Assembly (NCBI GenBank): GCA_963770565.1
Contig: CAVYQE010000001.1
Location: 1,312,001-1,376,000 of the forward strand
Direction of reading: 5' to 3'
Length of the DNA: 64,000 nucleotides
From: an uncultured Actinomycetota bacterium
GTDB taxonomy: Bacteria > Actinomycetota > Actinomycetes > JAFAQI01
A program made the position numbers and the translations under genes. The notes beneath the pieces are model-generated. The model was not told the DNA's origin. It saw only the letters and a program-made list of their open reading frames with translations, and did not search any database. Each line of letters begins with the position of its first letter. The first letter of the stretch is position 1. Positions 35,490 to 49,571 of the stretch are shown here, one piece after another.

Positions 35490-35502
35490 GCGCAGGGTGC
35501 CG

Positions 35503-36051
35503 ATGAGCAAAGTGCACGAGGACGGCATCGGGCCGCGCCTGCGGGCCTGGATCGAGGCCCAGCACATGTTCTTCGTCGGGACCGCGCCGCTGGCCCCCGA
35601 CGGTCACATCAACATCTCGCCGCGGGGCACGCCCGGCACGTTCGCGGTGCTCGACGAGCGCACGGTTGCCTGGGTCGACCTCACCGGGAGCGGGACGGAG
35701 ACAATCGCCCACCTGCGTGAGAACGGCCGGATTGTCGTGATGTTCTGCGGCTTCGAGGGCCCGCCGCAGACCGTTCGGCTGCACGGCCGAGGGCGGGTCG
35801 TCGTACCGGCGGACCCCGAATGGGGCGCGCTGTCGGAGCGGTTCGCCGCCAAGCGAGGCGCCCGGGCGATCGTGGTCGTCGACGTGAGCCGGGCGAGCGA
35901 CTCCTGTGGCTTCTCGATCCCGCGGTTCGACTTCGTCGATGACCGCGACCTGCTGGATCGCTGGACCGAGAACAAGGACGACGCCGACCTGGCCGACTAC
36001 CGGGCCACCCGCAACGCCGAAAGCATCGACGGCCTCCCGGCGCTTCCTTGA
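35503..36051 (+). CDS. Pyridoxamine 5'-phosphate oxidase-like FMN-binding protein
   Basis: FFVGTAP, NISPRG, DLTGSGTETIAHLRENGRI.MFC.FEG, SCGFSIP, SIDGLP. Confidence 0.85.
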   Translation: MSKVHEDGIGPRLRAWIEAQHMFFVGTAPLAPDGHINISPRGTPGTFAVLDERTVAWVDLTGSGTETIAHLRENGRIVVMFCGFEGPPQTVRLHGRGRVVVPADPEWGALSERFAAKRGARAIVVVDVSRASDSCGFSIPRFDFVDDRDLLDRWTENKDDADLADYRATRNAESIDGLPALP

Positions 36052-36064
36052 CGCGGGGGCTTTC

Positions 36065-36093
36065 TTGACAGGCAGCCAGGCGTAGTCCACCGT
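36065..36093 (+). promoter_or_regulatory. Sigma70-type promoter of the ilvBNC leader
   Basis: TTGACA (36065-36070), 17 nt, CACCGT (36088-36093), 6 nt before the leader GTG. Confidence 0.6.
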
Positions 36094-36099
36094 TGATAC

Positions 36100-36132
36100 G
36101 TGCGGCGAATTCTCGTACCCCGGAGCACGTGA
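36100..36132 (+). CDS. ilvB attenuator leader peptide MRRILVPRST
   Basis: Consecutive Ile-Leu-Val codons (ATT CTC GTA) between the promoter and a terminator upstream of ilvB. Confidence 0.75.
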   Translation: MRRILVPRST

Positions 36133-36154
36133 TCTGATCATTGGATCGCGTGCC

Positions 36155-36186
36155 GCCCCTCAGCGCTTTTGCGCGAGGGGCTTTTT
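36155..36186 (+). terminator. Attenuator terminator upstream of ilvB
   Basis: GCCCCTC...GAGGGGC stem followed by TTTTT. Confidence 0.8.
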
Positions 36187-36225
36187 GATGCAGGCAGACC
36201 CTAGGCAAGCAGAGCGGCTGGAGTG

Positions 36226-37993
36226 ATGAACGTGGAGCGGCTGACAGGCGCGCAGGCGATGGTGCGGGCGCTGGAGGAACTCGACGCCCGGGTGGTGTTC
36301 GGCATCCCGGGTGGCGCGATCCTGCCGGCGTACGACCCGTTGTACGACTCGGTCAAGGTCCGCCACATCCTGGTCCGGCACGAGCAAGGGGCCGGCCACG
36401 CCGCGACCGGCTACGCCCAGGCGACCGGCCGGGTCGGGGTCTGCATGGCCACCAGCGGACCGGGCGCGACCAACCTGGTCACCCCGATCGCGGACGCCTA
36501 CATGGACTCGGTGCCGCTGGTCGCGATCACCGGTCAGGTGCCCTCCGCCGCGATCGGCACGGACGCCTTTCAGGAGGCCGACATCTGCGGCATCACGATG
36601 CCGATCACCAAGCACAACTTCCTGGTCCAGCGCGCCGAGGACATCCCGCGCACGCTTGCCGAGGCGTTCCACATTGCTTCGACCGGACGGCCGGGCCCGG
36701 TGCTCGTCGACATCGCGAAGGACGCGCTGGTCGCCCAGACCGACTTCGTCTGGCCGGTCGAGATGCACCTGCCCGGCTACCGGCCGGCCGCCAAGCCGCA
36801 CGGCAAGCAGGTGCGCGAGGCGGCCCGGCTGATCATCGAGGCCGAGCGGCCGGTGCTCTACGTCGGTGGCGGCGTGCTCAAGGCGCACGCGACCGATGAG
36901 CTCCGGGTGCTGGCCGAGCTCACCGGCGTGCCGGTCGTCACGACCCTGATGGCCCGCGGGGCGTTCCCGGACTCCCACACCCAGCACCTCGGCATGCCTG
37001 GCATGCACGGCAGCGTGTCGGCCGTGACCGCCTTGCAGCGATCGGACCTGCTGATCACCCTTGGTGCCCGCTTCGACGACCGGGTGACCGGCAAGCTCTC
37101 GTCGTTCGCGCCCGACGCGACGGTGATCCACGCCGACATCGACCCGGCCGAGATCTCGAAGAACCGTACGGCGGACGTGCCGATCGTCGGCGACGTACGC
37201 GAGGTGATCGCCGACCTGATCCTGGCGATCCAGGCCGAGCACGCCGACGGCAACCGCGGCGACTACACCGCATGGTGGAAGCAGTGCAACGGCTGGCGGA
37301 GCACCTACCCGCTGGGCTACGACGAGGAGAGCGACGGCTCGCTCGCGCCTCAGTACGTCATCGAGCGGCTGGGCAAGATCTGCGGGCCTTCGACGGTCGT
37401 GGTCGCGGGGGTCGGCCAGCACCAGATGTGGGCGTCGCAGTTCATCTCCTACGAGCAGCCGTACACCTGGATCAACTCCGGCGGCCTTGGCACGATGGGT
37501 TTCGCCGTACCGGCCGCGATGGGGGCCAAGGTCGGCCGGCCCGACGCCCTGGTCTGGGCGATCGACGGCGACGGCTGCTTCCAGATGACCAACCAGGAGC
37601 TGACCACCTGCGCGATCGAGGGCATCCCGATCAAGGTCGCGGTGATCAACAACCAGTCGCTCGGCATGGTGCGGCAGTGGCAGACGCTGTTCTACGACAG
37701 CCGCTACTCCAACACCGACCTGTCGTCCGGCCACTCGAAGTACCTGCCGGACATCGTGATGCTCGCGGAGGCGATGGGCTGCGTCGGGCTGCGCTGCGAG
37801 AAGGCCGAGGACGTCGACGCGACGATCGAGAAAGCGATGTCGATCAACGACGCGCCGGTCGTCGTCGACTTCGTGGTCGGCAAGGACGCGATGGTCTGGC
37901 CCATGGTGGCGGCCGGTACGTCCAACGACGACATCAAGATCGCCCGCGAGACCGCCCCGGACTTCGAGTACGAAATGGGCGAGGTGGTCGGTG

Positions 37994-38001
<8 letters not shown>
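36226..38001 (+). CDS. ilvB: Acetolactate synthase large subunit
   Basis: [35 protein letters not shown]...NN TPP motif, GMVRQWQ. Confidence 0.97.
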
Positions 38002-39522
<1,521 letters not shown>

Positions 39523-39542
39523 CCGTCAGTAGGGTTGGCGTC

Positions 39543-41138
39543 GTGCCCAGGCCCGTCGTCGTCGTCGCTGAGGAGCTCGCTCCGGCTGCGCTTGCCGTGC
39601 TGGCCGAGGACGGCGAGGTCCGGCAGGTCGACGGCGCGGATCGGGTCGCGCTGCTGGCCGCGTTGGCCGACGCTGACGCGGTCATCGTGCGGAGCGCGAC
39701 CCAGGTCGACGCCGAGGCGCTGGCTGCGGGTGAGCGGCTCAAGGTGGTCGCCCGCGCCGGGATCGGCCTCGACAACGTCGACGTCGAGGCAGCCACCGCG
39801 CGCGGCGTGCTGGTCGTCAATGCGCCGGTTTCCAACATCGTCTCGGCCGCCGAGCATGCGGTCGCGCTGCTGCTCGCGACCGCGCGCAACATCCCGGCCG
39901 CCAACGCGAGCCTCAAGTCGGGCGAGTGGTTACGCAGCTCGTTCACCGGCACCGAGATCGCCGACAAAACCGTCGGCGTCGTCGGCCTCGGCCGGATCGG
40001 CGCGTTGTTCGCCGCCCGGATGGCCGGTTTCGGCGTACGGCTGCTCGCCTACGACCCATACGTGCCGGCCGCCCGGGCGGCCCAGATCGGCGTCCAGCTC
40101 GCCACCCTCGACCAGCTGCTGCGCGAGAGCGACTTCATCTCGATCCACCTGCCCAAGACCCCCGAGACCCGAGGGCTGATCGGCGAGCGCGAGCTGGCCC
40201 TGGTCAAGCCGGGCGCGATCCTGGTCAACGCCGCACGGGGCGGGCTGGTCGACGAGCACGCGCTGGCCCAGGCGCTGAAGGAGGGCCGGATCGCCGGCGC
40301 CGCGATCGACGTCTTCGCGACCGAGCCGTGCACCTCCTCGCCGCTGTTCGCGGAGCCGAACGCGGTTGTCACGCCGCACCTCGGCGCGTCCACGGCGGAG
40401 GCCCAGGACAAAGCCGGACTCGCGGTCGCCAAGTCGGTCAAGCTGGCGCTGGCCGGGGAGTTCGTGCCGGACGCGGTCAATGTCCAAGCCGGCGGGATCG
40501 TCGAGGAGGAGGTGCGGCCCAGCCTCCCGCTGGTCGAGCGACTCGGCCGGCTGCTCACCGCGTTGGCCGGCGGCGTGCCGGCGAACCTCACCGTCGACAT
40601 CAAGGGCGAGGTTGCGGCGTACGACGTGTCGGTGCTGCAGCTCGCTGCGCTGCGCGGGATCTTCACCGATGTGGTCGAGGAACAGGTCACCTTCGTCAAC
40701 GCGCCGCTACTGGCTGCGGAACGAGGGGTCGGTGTCAGCCTGGTGACCAGCGAGAACAGCCCGGACTACCGCAACGTGCTGACGGTGCGTGGCGCGATGG
40801 CCGACGGCCGGGTCGTGTCGGTCGGCGGAAACCTCACCGGGCCGCGGCTGGTGCAGAAGCTGGTCGAGATCAACGGCTTCGACATCGAGGTCGCGCTGAA
40901 CGAGCACATGGTCTTCGTGACGTACGCCGACCGGCCGGGCGTCGTCGGCATCGTCGGCCAACAGCTCGGCCAAGCCGGGGTCAACATTGCCGGCATGCAG
41001 GTCTCCCGGACCGCCGAGGGCGGCGCGGCGCTGATGGTGATGACGGTCGACTCGGCGATCCCGCCCGCCACGCTTGACGAGATCGGCACGGCGGTCGGTG
41101 CCTCAGAGATCCGCGCGGCGTACCTCCCGGAGGACTGA
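39543..41138 (+). CDS. serA: D-3-phosphoglycerate dehydrogenase
   Basis: RAGIGLDNVD, SAAEHA, GLGRIG, NAARGG, TPHLGAST, C-terminal ACT (DRPGVVG). Confidence 0.95.
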   Translation: MPRPVVVVAEELAPAALAVLAEDGEVRQVDGADRVALLAALADADAVIVRSATQVDAEALAAGERLKVVARAGIGLDNVDVEAATARGVLVVNAPVSNIVSAAEHAVALLLATARNIPAANASLKSGEWLRSSFTGTEIADKTVGVVGLGRIGALFAARMAGFGVRLLAYDPYVPAARAAQIGVQLATLDQLLRESDFISIHLPKTPETRGLIGERELALVKPGAILVNAARGGLVDEHALAQALKEGRIAGAAIDVFATEPCTSSPLFAEPNAVVTPHLGASTAEAQDKAGLAVAKSVKLALAGEFVPDAVNVQAGGIVEEEVRPSLPLVERLGRLLTALAGGVPANLTVDIKGEVAAYDVSVLQLAALRGIFTDVVEEQVTFVNAPLLAAERGVGVSLVTSENSPDYRNVLTVRGAMADGRVVSVGGNLTGPRLVQKLVEINGFDIEVALNEHMVFVTYADRPGVVGIVGQQLGQAGVNIAGMQVSRTAEGGAALMVMTVDSAIPPATLDEIGTAVGASEIRAAYLPED

Positions 41139-41140
41139 GC

Positions 41141-42001
41141 GTGCGCGACTCCTCCGTCGTTGTCCATGTCGATGCCCGCGACGGCACCCGGCTGGGTATG
41201 CACGTGTTCGGCAGCGGGCCGCCGCTGGTCTGCGTGCCGGGCGGTCCCGGCCGGGCGTCGGAGTACCTCGAGGACCTTGCCGGCCTGTCGCGCGACTTCA
41301 CCTTGCTGCGCTTCGACCTGCGCGGCACCGGGGTCTCCGAGCTACCGGAGGACCGCGACTCGCTGTCGTTCCCTCGGCTCGCCGACGACATCGAGGACAT
41401 CCGGATCGCCCGCGGCCTCGACACCATCGACCTGCTCGCGCACTCGGCCGGCTGCTTCGTCGCCCTGGTGTACGCCGCCCGCCATCCGGACCGGCTGTCG
41501 CGACTGATTCTGGTGACGCCGTCGGCGCGCGGGTTCGGTGACATCGGCGACGACATCGAGCGGATCCGGGCCAGCCGGTCGAGCGAGCCGTGGTATCCGG
41601 CCGCGGCCGCGGTCGAAGCGGAGATCGCGCACCTGCCGGCGCATCGGCGCAACCGGGTCGACCGCGACCTGCGGGTGTTCGGCTACGGCCGCTGGGACGA
41701 GCGCGCCCAGGCGCACGCCGCCTCGACCGACGGCCAGATGTCGTTGCGGGCGATGGCGGCTTTCGCGTCCGAGTCGTTCCGGTCCGAGGGCCAGTCGTTC
41801 CTCGACGCATTGCGCGCTGTGAAGGCGCCGACGCTGGTGATCGTCGGCGACCTCGACGGGCTCACCGGCGTCAAAGCCGGCCACATCGTCGCCGGCTGCC
41901 TGCCGAACGCGACCGTGGTCGAGATCCCCGATGCCGCCCACTACCCATGGGTCGACACCCCCGATCAGTTCAGAGAGACAGTCGCTCAATTCCTTCGGTG
42001 A
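41141..42001 (+). CDS. Alpha/beta hydrolase
   Basis: PGGPG, DLRGTGVS, AHSAG nucleophile elbow, D and H (AAHYPW) triad candidates. Confidence 0.88.
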   Translation: MRDSSVVVHVDARDGTRLGMHVFGSGPPLVCVPGGPGRASEYLEDLAGLSRDFTLLRFDLRGTGVSELPEDRDSLSFPRLADDIEDIRIARGLDTIDLLAHSAGCFVALVYAARHPDRLSRLILVTPSARGFGDIGDDIERIRASRSSEPWYPAAAAVEAEIAHLPAHRRNRVDRDLRVFGYGRWDERAQAHAASTDGQMSLRAMAAFASESFRSEGQSFLDALRAVKAPTLVIVGDLDGLTGVKAGHIVAGCLPNATVVEIPDAAHYPWVDTPDQFRETVAQFLR

Positions 42002-42045
42002 CCGGGTCGCTCAGGTGGGTCACCCGATTGGCCGATACGGGCTAG

Positions 42046-42884
42046 GTGACCGATGTTGCGCTCACGCCCGGCTGGGTGTGTGTCGGCTGCCGCGCGCGGG
42101 TGGCGATGGCGGCAGACGTCTGCACCTCGTGCGGGCGGGCCTTTGCCGAGGGCCTGGCGCTCGCGCCGGCCCGACCGCAGCGGCGGGTAAGTCGCGACTG
42201 GCCGATGATCCTGCGCGACTTCATCGTGCTCAACATCCTGTTCATCGTCTGGCGGGTCGTCGGCCGGGTCTCGCTGTTTCACGAGGCGGGCGCGTTCGGC
42301 CGCGGCCACTGGGTCTGGAACCTCGAACGGACCCTGCATCTGCCCAACGAGGCGACCCTGCAGCGGCAGATCCTGTCGCACGTCACGCTGTCGAAGATCT
42401 GCAACGGCTATTACGAGTACGCGCACGCCCCGCTGCTCGCGGCGACCCTGATCTGGCTGCTCTGGCGGCACCGCGACGTCTACCCGCGTTGGCGCAACCT
42501 GGTCGTTGCCTTCACCGGCGTCTCGTTGCTGATCGGGTTGCTCCCGGTCGCACCGCCGCGGCTGATCCCGAGTTTCGGCATGGTCGATCTCGCCGACCGC
42601 TACCACCAGTCGGTCTACAGCGCCCTCGGCAAGGGCATCACCGACCAGCTGTCGTCGATCCCTTCGGTGCACGTCGGCTGGGCGGTGATTGTGGCCGCGG
42701 CGATCATCTCGGTGAGCACGAGCCGGTGGCGCTGGCTCGCCCTCCTGCACCCGATCCTCACGTCGTACGTCATCGTCGTGACCGCCAACCACTACTGGCT
42801 CGACGGGATCGCCGCGGTTGCGCTGCTCGGCGTGATCGTCGCCGTCCGCAGCCGGTGGCAGGCCCGCCTGGTACCGTTGTCGCA

Positions 42885-42888
<4 letters not shown>
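42046..42888 (+). CDS. PAP2/AUR1-like membrane phosphotransferase with an N-terminal zinc ribbon
   Basis: PVAPPR, IPSVHVGWA, TANHYWLD motifs. N-terminal CVGC-x10-CTSC. Confidence 0.8.
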
Positions 42889-45598
<2,710 letters not shown>

Positions 45599-45666
45599 AT
45601 CCTCGAAACTAATCCGGGCACCCGACATGTTCCGGCCGGAATCGGCCGTCACCTGATCGTTAACTC

Positions 45667-46827
45667 TCAGGTCCGATGGACTTCGATTCGGCCTTGGGCG
45701 TTGCGGGTGATGGCCCAGTTGGTGTGGTGGACGAGCCAGTGGTGGAACATGCACAGATAGGCGCAGTTGTGAAGGTCGGTGCGACCGAGGTGCTCCCAGT
45801 AGTCGAGATGGTGCAGCTGGCAGCGGTCGAGCCCGGCTTGGCAGTCCGGGAACACGCAGCCGCGGTCGCGGAGTGCGGCGGCGCGGCGCTGGGCCCGGCT
45901 GAAGCTGCGCGGGGAGCGGCCGAGGTCGAGGATCTCGGATGGCCCGCCGAGCACGGCCGGGATCCAGCCGGCGTCGCAGGCGAGGCGTCGCGCGATGTTG
46001 GGCGTGATCGGCTGGCCGTTGAGCGTCGCGGGCGGCACGTCGCTCTGGGCTAGCCCGTCGCGAAGCTCGGACCAGTCGATGCTGACGATCAGCTGCGGCC
46101 GGTCGCCGCCGTGGTCCGGCAGGGTGCCGCCGGCGAGCGCGAGGCGGGCGAGCTCGACCACGGCGTCGGCGTATCGCTGCCGGGCGGTGCGGTCGTCCTC
46201 GGATCCGGTCGACTTGATCAACGGTGCGAAGGCGGCGCCGAGGGTGGCGGCAGACTCGGGGTCGAGCATCCCGCTGACGCTGGTCATGCCGTCGAAGGTC
46301 GAGGAGAGGGTGAGCCAGCGGTCGGCGTATTTGCGTTGCGCCGCGGCCTCCTCGTCCTCGTCGGCGCCCGAGCGGATCCGGACCTGCTGGCAGAGTTGGC
46401 CGAGCAGGCGTGGGTCGTGGTCGCGGGCGAACTCAAGGAGCTCGGGTCCGGCTGCGGTCCGCCAGCCGGGGTCGAGCTGGCCGAGGCAGCCGAGCAGGAC
46501 CTTGGCGTGGTCATGGTTGATCTCACCGGCGATCAACGCGGCCGCGACCTCGGGTCGAGCCGGCAGCTGGCGGGCGACCCACATCCGGCGAGCCGCATCA
46601 GCGGGCGCGAGGTACTGCTCCTCGATCAGCCAGGACTTGGCGGTCCGGGCGCATTCGGCCACGGTGACGTCGCGCGCTTCAAGGGCTTGCAGCCTCAGCG
46701 AGATCAGCCCATCCAGCCGGGCCTGGGCCTGGAGCAGCATCTCGGTCTCACACAGCAGGGTCGGCTCGGCCAGGTCGTGCACGTCGACAGTGGCGAGCGC
46801 GTCGATCGCCGACAGCAGCTCTGACAT
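45667..46827 (-). CDS. DUF222 + HNH endonuclease (13E12-repeat-like protein)
   Basis: RTARQRYADA, ARRLACDA, LDLGRSPR, RDRGCVFPDC...HHLDYW...TDLHNCAYLCMFHH. Confidence 0.88.
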   Translation of the reverse strand: MSELLSAIDALATVDVHDLAEPTLLCETEMLLQAQARLDGLISLRLQALEARDVTVAECARTAKSWLIEEQYLAPADAARRMWVARQLPARPEVAAALIAGEINHDHAKVLLGCLGQLDPGWRTAAGPELLEFARDHDPRLLGQLCQQVRIRSGADEDEEAAAQRKYADRWLTLSSTFDGMTSVSGMLDPESAATLGAAFAPLIKSTGSEDDRTARQRYADAVVELARLALAGGTLPDHGGDRPQLIVSIDWSELRDGLAQSDVPPATLNGQPITPNIARRLACDAGWIPAVLGGPSEILDLGRSPRSFSRAQRRAAALRDRGCVFPDCQAGLDRCQLHHLDYWEHLGRTDLHNCAYLCMFHHWLVHHTNWAITRNAQGRIEVHRT

Positions 46828-46829
46828 CG

Positions 46830-46844
46830 ATCGCACCCCCGGTA
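46830..46844. repeat. 15-bp target-site duplication, left copy (ATCGCACCCCCGGTA)
   Basis: Identical to 48290-48304. Both copies abut the IS terminal TGT/ACA. Confidence 0.92.
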
Positions 46845-48289
46845 TGTGATGTCTCAGGACATCGGTGACAGTTCTGCATCAGGACATCGGTGACGGTTGA
46901 TGTGTCAGGACTTCGGTGACACTTCGGAGTTTTTGGGCTGTGGGCCGCGGGGTCGGCCGTTGCCGACGTAGTGGATGCCGGGTGCTGGTCGGCTGTGCTC
47001 GATGAGGATCTCGCCGTTGAGATCACTGACGAGGACCTGGTTGCCGTCGGTGACGATGAGGACCTGTTGGAATCGGTGGGGTCCGCCGACCATGTAGTGG
47101 ACGGCGTCGAGCATGAAGGTGCCGCCGCTGGTCAGTGTCTTGAGGTGAGTGTCGGCGGGCAGGTCCGTGGGCACCGGTGGTGGCGCGGGCCGGTAGCGGT
47201 TGGCGGCAGGCCGTTCGAGCCAGGCGGGACGGTCGGGCGTGGGACGTGGCGGCTCGGCTTTCGGGGTCGCTTCCCACGCGGTCACGGGGGTTACCCGCCC
47301 GGGCAGCGCCTGGTGGGGTCGTTCGGTGTTGTAGATGTGGTCGAAGGTGTCGACCTGGGCTTGCAGCTCGTCGAGAGTGTCGGCGAGCGGCTGCTTGTCG
47401 AGCTAGCGGAACAGGGTCTGGTGGAACCGTTCGTTCTTGCCTTGCGTGGTCGGCTTGTAGGGCTTGCCGGTGATCGCCTCGATCCCGAGCCGGGACACGT
47501 GGTCGACGAGCTGGCCGACATAGCCGCGCCGGGACGGGTTGAGCGCGAGCGCGTTGTCGGTCAGCAGGCGTTGCGGCACTCCGTGGGCGGCGATTGCCTT
47601 GTCCACCACCGCGATCGCGGCCTCGGCGGTCTCGGTCCACGCGACGTGGGAAGCGACCGCGAAGCGGGAGTGGTCGTCGATGAGCTGGAAGATCACACAC
47701 GTGCGGCCGCCCGGTCAGCACGTACTCGGTGGCGTCGAGCTGCCAGCACGCGTTCGGCGCCGGATAGACGAACCGGCGCCATGCCGACCGTGGTTTCTTC
47801 TTCGGCTCCCGGCGAGCGACGCCCGCCTCGCGGAAGATCCGTGCGAGTGACGCCGTGGATGGGACTTGGGGCAGGCCCATCGCGCGCATCTTCTCGTGCA
47901 CGCTGATCGGCCCATGATCAAGACCCGACGCCTCCAGAGCCGCACGGACACCCACCGCCTGCGCTTTGACCTGGTCGGTCAGCGTCGACGGGCTCGACCT
48001 CGGCCGCCGGGACCGAGGCTCAAGCACCGCCGCTGGCCCATCGTCCCGGGCACGTCTCCGCAGCTCGTAGAAGGACTTCCGGGAGATGCCGTGCTCGGCG
48101 AAGAACGTCGTCACCGCCCCACGCGGTGCATCATCAGGCCACTGCGAGATCGCGAGGCGGACACGAGGATCAATGGGTTCGCTGATCGCCATCGCCCGAG
48201 AATCACGGCCAAAGTGTCACCACCAACATCACCGGAAGTATCACCGATGTCCTGACACAGAACTGTCACCGATGTCTTGAGACATGACA
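46845..48289 (-). mobile_element. IS481-family insertion sequence (1445 bp)
   Basis: TGT...ACA ends, about 50-bp imperfect terminal IRs (TGTGATGTCTCAGGACATCGGTGACAGTTCTG / reverse complement TGTCATGTCTCAAGACATCGGTGACAGTTCTG), subterminal CAGGACATCGGTGAC repeats, 15-bp DR, single rve transposase. Confidence 0.92.
46905..48192 (-). pseudogene. IS481 DDE transposase, disrupted
   Basis: PNACWQLD, IDDHSR, LLTDNA, GKNERFHQT, YNTERPHQ pieces. Extra base at about 47710-47712 and in-frame TAG at 47403-47405. Confidence 0.85.
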
Positions 48290-48304
48290 ATCGCACCCCC
48301 GGTA
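48290..48304. repeat. 15-bp target-site duplication, right copy
   Basis: ATCGCACCCCCGGTA, same as 46830-46844. Confidence 0.92.
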
Positions 48305-48318
48305 AGCCCTAGCGTGAT

Positions 48319-48334
48319 CCGAACATATGTTCGA
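48319..48334. promoter_or_regulatory. LexA (SOS) box
   Basis: CCGAACATATGTTCGA, one mismatch to the actinobacterial TCGAAC-N4-GTTCGA consensus. Confidence 0.8.
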
Positions 48335-48344
48335 ACTACCGACG

Positions 48345-48366
48345 ACGATATTGCTGACCACCGACA
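48345..48366 (-). promoter_or_regulatory. RecA-NDp (PafBC-type) DNA-damage promoter
   Basis: Minus strand TGTCGG-TGGTCAGCAA-TATCGT, an exact TGTCGG-N10-TANNNT match. Confidence 0.75.
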
Positions 48367-48403
48367 CTTTCAACCCCAAAAACCGTTGAAAACAAAGGAA
48401 AAG

Positions 48404-48440
48404 TTATCCACAGGTTGCGCGCACGGCGGACTCATCCACA
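48404..48440 (+). promoter_or_regulatory. Two DnaA-box-like 9-mers
   Basis: TTATCCACA (48404-48412, perfect) and TCATCCACA (48432-48440, one mismatch). Confidence 0.55.
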
Positions 48441-48500
48441 GCGGTGTCAGGCCGTGGCGCGCAACCCGGCTAACGCGACGGTGGTCTAGCCTCGCTCGCC

Positions 48501-49562
48501 GTGGGGACACGTGCGCGGATCGCGGTCATCGGTGGGGACGGAATCGGCCCGGAAGTGGTGGCCGAAGGGCTGAAGGTGCTCAACGCAGCCGTCGCCGGCG
48601 ACGGCGTGTCGATCGAGACGACCGACTACGACCTCGGCGCGGCGCGCTGGCACCGCACCGGCGAGACGCTGCCGGACAGCGTGCTCGACGAGCTGCGCGG
48701 CCATGATGCGATCCTGCTCGGAGCGGTGGGCGACCCGGGCGTGCCCTCGGGTGTGCTCGAGCGAGGCTTGCTGCTGAAGCTGCGGTTCGCCTTCGAGCAC
48801 GCGGTCAACCTGCGGCCGGTGAAGCTCTATCCAGGAGTCGCGACCCCGCTCGCCGGCGTCTCGACCGCCGACATCGACATGGTGGTCGTACGGGAGGGCA
48901 CCGAGGGTCCGTACGTCGGCGTCGGCGGCGCGATGCGACGTGACACCCCGCACGAGATCGCAACGGAGAACAGCATCAACACCCGGTACGGCGTCGAGCG
49001 CGTGGTTCGCGATGCCTTCGCGCGCGCCGCGGCTCGGCCCCGCCAGCATCTGACCCTCGTGCACAAGACCAACGTGCTCACTCACGCCGGCTCGCTGTGG
49101 CAACGGACCGTGGAGGCGGTCAACGCGGACTTTCCGACCGTCGCGGTCGAGTACGCACACGTCGACGCGGCCTGCCTGTACCTCATCTCGCAACCGCAGC
49201 GGTTCGACGTCATCGTCACCGACAACCTGTTCGGCGACATCATCACCGACCTCGGCGCTGCGATCGCAGGCGGTATCGGCCTCGCGGCGAGCGGCAACCT
49301 CAACGTCGACGGCACTGCGCCGAGCATGTTCGAGCCGGTCCACGGCAGCGCGCCGGACATCGCCGGACAGGGCATCGCCGACCCCACCGCGACCATCCTC
49401 TCGGTCGCGATGCTGCTGGACGCATTGTCGTTGCATCACGCCGCGCAGCGGGTCGAGGCGGCCGTCGCCGCCGATCTGGCCGCGCGCGCCGACGCAGGGT
49501 CAGCGTCGGCTGGTCGGCGTACCTCTGATATCGGGGATGCGATCGCCGCCCGGCTCGCCTAA
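48501..49562 (+). CDS. leuB: 3-isopropylmalate dehydrogenase
   Basis: [41 protein letters not shown]. Confidence 0.95.
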   Translation: MGTRARIAVIGGDGIGPEVVAEGLKVLNAAVAGDGVSIETTDYDLGAARWHRTGETLPDSVLDELRGHDAILLGAVGDPGVPSGVLERGLLLKLRFAFEHAVNLRPVKLYPGVATPLAGVSTADIDMVVVREGTEGPYVGVGGAMRRDTPHEIATENSINTRYGVERVVRDAFARAAARPRQHLTLVHKTNVLTHAGSLWQRTVEAVNADFPTVAVEYAHVDAACLYLISQPQRFDVIVTDNLFGDIITDLGAAIAGGIGLAASGNLNVDGTAPSMFEPVHGSAPDIAGQGIADPTATILSVAMLLDALSLHHAAQRVEAAVAADLAARADAGSASAGRRTSDIGDAIAARLA

Positions 49563-49571
49563 TCTCTTTGT

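Noticed and set aside
46855-46920. Three CAGGAC(A/T)TCGGTGAC direct repeats at 25-26 nt period, resembling a mini-CRISPR
   Set aside because: Repeats are 15 bp with 10-11 nt spacers, are mirrored at the other IS end, and no cas genes are present. They are IS481 subterminal repeats.
47700-47720. Programmed -1 frameshift as in IS3-family elements
   Set aside because: No slippery A-run, the break falls inside the catalytic domain, IS481 uses a single ORF, and a separate nonsense codon is also present.
48370-48440. AT-rich patch with DnaA boxes as a possible oriC
   Set aside because: Only two boxes, and no dnaA/dnaN context.
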